From NCBI GenBank assembly GCA_002633005.1, contig NMRA01000041.1, positions 625,294-689,293 of the forward strand: a stretch of DNA of 64,000 nucleotides. Direction: 5' to 3'. Positions within the stretch are counted from its first letter, which is position 1. Each line of letters starts with the position of its first letter. Shown here in pieces: positions 59,916-64,000 of the stretch. Made by a program: the position numbers and the translations under genes. The notes under the pieces are model-generated. The model ran no database searches, was not told where the DNA came from, and saw only the letters and a list, made by a program, of their open reading frames with translations. Source of the stretch: Phoronis australis (lineage: Eukaryota > Animalia > Phoronida).

Positions 59916-60047
59916 CCAACAAATTCACAAAGTAGCTTGTCAATCCATCCATCTATTCATGTTGTAGTAACAACAATGCCAGTGTACTAATCCCTGTGAA
60001 TACTTTGTCCCTCCAGATTTTGGTCTTCCAGGAAAGTCACTAACCAG

Positions 60048-60098
60048 TCATGAATTCCACCACGAAAGAAGTCCTAAGCCAGGTTCACTAATTGAGGC
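60048..60098 (-). CDS. POLR3H: POLR3H last coding exon (ASISEPGLGLLSWWNS*)
   Basis: ttttctag| acceptor; TGA at 60048-60050. Confidence 0.9.
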   Translation of the reverse strand, partial: ASISEPGLGLLSWWNS

Positions 60099-63000
60099 CT
60101 AGAAAAGTAAAATAAAAATTTCTGTAGATACTTAAGCAGACACTAAATTGTGGGGTTTACGGACTAAACTATATTACTACAGGAGAAACAGGAAGAATAC
60201 AAGACAAGCCTTTCATGTGATACATTTCAAAACAGATTGCACCTCAGCCATGCAAGTTCAAATTTTTAAGAGAACAAATCACAAGCACTTCATTTCAGAT
60301 TGTGGTGACAAAACATATCAGCATCGAAAAGTCATTGAATATTTTCCTTTAGAATAATTATTGAACTTGTGAGTAATTTTGGCAATAAATATGTAACTGT
60401 AACAATACAACATTCAACCACAGTGGGAAGACTTACATGTCATAACTAAAATAGGCCAACTTGGCAGGCGGTCCTAGTGAATAAATACGTTGAGCTGGAT
60501 CTAGTTTAAGGGAGCACAGCCCATGGAACAGCTTAAATGGCTTGAACAAGTTGGTTATCTAATCTGTATTGTATATACTCAGAATGACTCACAGTCAAAG
60601 AATATGGAACCTTGGATTTCCCATCGTCTTCTGTCTCAGCATTTTGCTGCTCCGGTCCAGTGGGCGACGTATCAACAAACTGCTCATCCACAACCCGCAA
60701 CCTGGATTGGGAAACAGCAAAAAGTCGACAAGACCATCACGTCACAGACACAATTACAAAAGAATGAGCTGCAATGCAAAGCCAGTCAAGATTACACAAT
60801 CTCTCAACAGATGGGGCCAACTGCATAAAAATCCCTCAAGGAGCTTCAAAGATACAGAAGACAACAAAAACAAGAGCAATGCGGACCGTTGAAATGCACC
60901 CACGAATGCATCGCAAATGGTGTGCTTTTAGGGTTATTTATTTATATCATAAAAATGGCCACTAGATGGCGCAAAAACGTACAATCCATCTAAAAATGGG
61001 AACATGCCATGTTTCATAAAAATCTGTCAAAGAACTTCCGAGAAACAATGAAAAACAGAATAAAATGAGATTGCCACTTGTGGGCACAGCGTCCGTTGGA
61101 TCTGCCTGAAAATCCTCGTCGTCTGTTGTTATCTTCATATATTAATAAACTTACTAAATTTAATAAAGATCCTGTAGTGGGTTTAAAAGATACAGCTATG
61201 GGTGCAAAACAAAACAAAACAAAACTACCTCTAGGAGGCACCACAGTAGTCAGTCGCCATCATCAAACATCCTCTTCAGACTGAGAACATTTACGCCAAT
61301 TTCCAAAACCATTCCTAGAATGATTTGGTTGAGAGAGGGGTGGATGCCAACATCAAAACATCAAAAATGGCCATTAGGTGGCATAAAATACATACCTCGA
61401 TTCCATTCAAAAATGGAGGATAGTGACGTCTCAGCAATAGATGCCTTTATTCAAAATTTTATGAAAATCTGTTGAGGACGTTTGAAGATACAGAGGTAAA
61501 CATTAAAAACTAAAATTGCCAATAGGGGCACATAAGTAGTCAGATCCGATCGAAGGTCATCGTCGTCCATTGTCAACATCATATATACACTAGCTAAATT
61601 AAGTAAAAATCCTCAAACGGTTTAGGAGATACAGCCATGAGTGCAAAAAAAACTGCCACTATGAGGCGCCACAGTAGTCAGTCGTTGGAAAATCATCGTC
61701 AGCCATCCACTTCAATGTAAGAATATACATGCCAATTTTCACAATCATCCTTTGAGCGGTTTGGTTGATAGAGGGATGGATGCAAAAAAATTCGAAAATA
61801 GTAAAAATGGCCACTAGGTGCCGCATACTACATCGAATTCTTCCGAAAATAAGAGGATACCGTCATCTCACTAATTGATTCCTACATACCATAGTTTATG
61901 AAAATTCGTTGAGGACCTTTGAAGATACAGAGGTAAACGTAAAAACTAAAATTGCCACTAGGGAGCACACCGGTAGTTGGATCTGTCCAAAAGTTTTGCT
62001 CACGCCGTCCTATCCACAAAAGGATCACATGTGCAAAATTTCATGAACATATGTCAAGGTGTTTTGGAGCAGCGGACGCCGGACGGACAGAGCTGATGGC
62101 ATGATGCATCCACATATAATATGTGGGCGCATAAAAATTGCCACTAGGGGGGGCACAGCAGTAGTCGGATCCCTCAAAATATAATAGCTTTCCGTGGTCA
62201 ACTGCATATAAAGACACTTGCCAAATTTAATAGAGATCCTGCAGAGGGCTTGGGAGATACAGTCATAGTCGCAAAAAAATGCCACTAAGAATAGCCATAG
62301 TATTTCGAGTTGTCACAGCAGGAGCATAATGGCAAATGCTAATTTTTAAAATCATCCTTAGAATGGCATGGTTGATCTAGAAAACAATAAAAATGGCCAC
62401 TAGATGGCACAAAATGCATTGAATCCATATAAAAATGGGAGTATGTCATCGTTTTTAACAGAAGTTTATTTACCAGATTTCATAAAAATCCGTCCGGGAA
62501 CTCCGTCGGATCTGTCAGAAATTCGTTGTCGTTCATTATCAACTTCATATATATAAAGATTCTGCAGAGGGTTTGTGAGGTACAGTAAAGGGGTGAAAAA
62601 ACTGCCACTAGGAGGTGCCACAGTAGTTGAAGTCGTCGGAAAATCATCGTCAGCTGTCCTCTTCATAGTAGGAACATATATATGCCATTTTTTCAACCAT
62701 CCTTGGAGTGGTTTGGTTGATAGAGATGTAGACACCAAAAATACAGATTCGAAAACAGTAAAAACGGCCACAAGGTGGTGCAACATACCTCAAATTCATC
62801 AGAAAACAGGAAGGTATTGTCATCTCACTAACAGATACCTATTTGCCAAATTTTATGACAATCCTTTAAGGACCTTAGAGGATAAAGAGGTAAACAAAAA
62901 AAACCCACAAAATTGCCACTAAGAGGAATACCGGTAGTCCAACCTGTCTGAAAATTCCCTGATGCCATCCCATCCATGAAAAGAACATAATTTATGCGCA

Positions 63001-63580
63001 AAATTTCACGAACATAAATCAAAGAATTTTCAAGACAGCAGAGGAAGGCCGATGAACACCGGATGGACAGGGATGACAGCATAATGCACCCACATATCAA
63101 TATGTGGACGCACAAAAATCAACTTTTGATTTAGACAAATCATCGCTACAAACATTGATCTCAAACTGTTCCTTGTCAAATTGGAGATGATTTCCAGGCT
63201 TCAAAAGAACTGATATTTTGAGACCAAACTCTTCAAATTAGTTTTTGAAAACGTATTATTTTATACCGCAAGCACGGTTTCAAGAAACCATGAACTGCCA
63301 GTTCTTTGCAACACCACAAATTGCTTCTTTTCTGCATGCTCACAACAAGTTGAGATCATTTATACAACAGGTGGTCTACATCAAAAGTTCCCTTCGTGGA
63401 TGGAACGTTGGTACAGAGCTGCTTCATCACATATTTTGGTTAGAATAATTTACAAAAGATGTCAATACTACCACAACGAAGGAGGGTACAGACCTGATAG
63501 TTTCGCCAACGTCCATGTAGAGATCATGAGTTTCTCCTTCAGCCTGGTAAGTCCAGCTCCACAACTGTTCAGTCTCATCA
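60048..63580 (-). CDS. POLR3H: DNA-directed RNA polymerase III subunit RPC8 (RPC25); last three coding exons, 5' part beyond window end
   Basis: Exons 63580-63494 (DETEQLWSWTYQAEGETHDLYMDVGETIR), 60701-60593 (LRVVDEQFVDTSPTGP...VPYSLT), 60098-60048 (ASISEPGLGLLSWWNS*). They join in frame with GT-AG sites and match the recalled RPC8 C-terminus (HDLYMD..E.IRFRVVDE.FVDTSPTGP...SISEPGLGLLSWW). Confidence 0.93.
60593..60701 (-). CDS. POLR3H: POLR3H exon (LRVVDEQFVDTSPTGP...PYSLT)
   Basis: tccag| acceptor, |gtgagt donor. Confidence 0.9.
60866..63118 (+). mobile_element. DINE-1/HINE-like (Helentron-derived) element in POLR3H intron with ~145-bp internal subrepeats
   Basis: Starts aaaacaagag; 5' subterminal atgcacccac (60894); gacggacag microsatellite followed by 3' stem-loop atgcacccacatat..atatgtgg.cgca + A-run, present twice (62104-62137, 63084-63118). 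Confidence 0.68.
63494..63580 (-). CDS. POLR3H: POLR3H exon (DETEQLWSW...HDLYMDVGETIR)
   Basis: tgacag| acceptor, |gtctgt donor. Confidence 0.9.
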
Positions 63581-64000
63581 CTGTCACAGGTAAGGAACAA
63601 TAATGACAGCTGTAATGCACTGCACACACACTCCCAATATGATGGATGATTGACTACACTCAACAAGTGACAAACCAGTAGTATGACTTCCTAAATTTGC
63701 TTTGAGATGGTGATGTAATCATATCTAAAAGCCAGCTTTATTGATATTGGCTCAACGAATCTGTTGATCACTTATACAGCTATCTTCAAGAGTTACAGAG
63801 TTTTATGAAGAGCGAGCACAGGTATCTGGTTTTCATGGTGACTCATAATGAGCCTGGGTATCTGGTACTCGAGGTGATCAAGACCACTTCCACAATGTTT
63901 GTATCTTCGTGAAAGATAGCTCTCAACTGATATTTCATAAAACAGAGACCACATCCCATATTTCATAAAAGACAGTCCATGTCCCATGTACCATGAAAGA

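Larger units (their letters stand above)
16480..59920. repeat. Tandem segmental duplication: copy 1 ~16480-37590 (CYP-B), copy 2 ~37595-59920 (CYP-C)
   Basis: Collinear homology: 16521-16710 vs 37632-37822; 19207-20715 vs 38875-40799; all CYP exons and most introns; 35890-37510 vs 58350-59920. Confidence 0.85.

Overview
Eukaryotic (animal, invertebrate-type) genomic DNA, AT-rich, intron-rich, with a 505-N gap and several single-N contig joins. It holds a cluster of three mitochondrial-clan cytochrome P450 genes. CYP-A (+) has 7 exons in the window, its 5' part lies upstream, and its last intron is GC-AG. CYP-B (-) has 9 exons and is complete. CYP-C (-) is a tandem paralog of CYP-B whose heme-Cys exon is absent from this assembly. 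CYP-B and CYP-C lie in a ~21-22 kb tandem segmental duplication (~16.5-37.6 kb vs ~37.6-59.9 kb). The last three coding exons of POLR3H (RNA polymerase III subunit RPC8) are at the right end (-). Introns and intergenic DNA carry many mobile elements: a decayed DIRS/Ngaro RT-RNaseH element, a Kolobok-type THAP element with ~285-bp inverted ends, a hAT derivative with an 8-bp TSD, at least nine MITEs with 5-bp TSDs, Helentron/DINE-1-like elements (one with a periodic array of CTCF-like motifs), LINE fossils and minisatellites. The best leads are: a probable non-AUG (UUG) start for the CYP-B/C presequence, paralog differences clustered in substrate-recognition sites, a covarying stem-loop shared by two DIRS/Ngaro-like termini, and the CTCF-like motif array. 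No prokaryotic system and no CRISPR array are present. All calls come from manual reading; no database searches were run.
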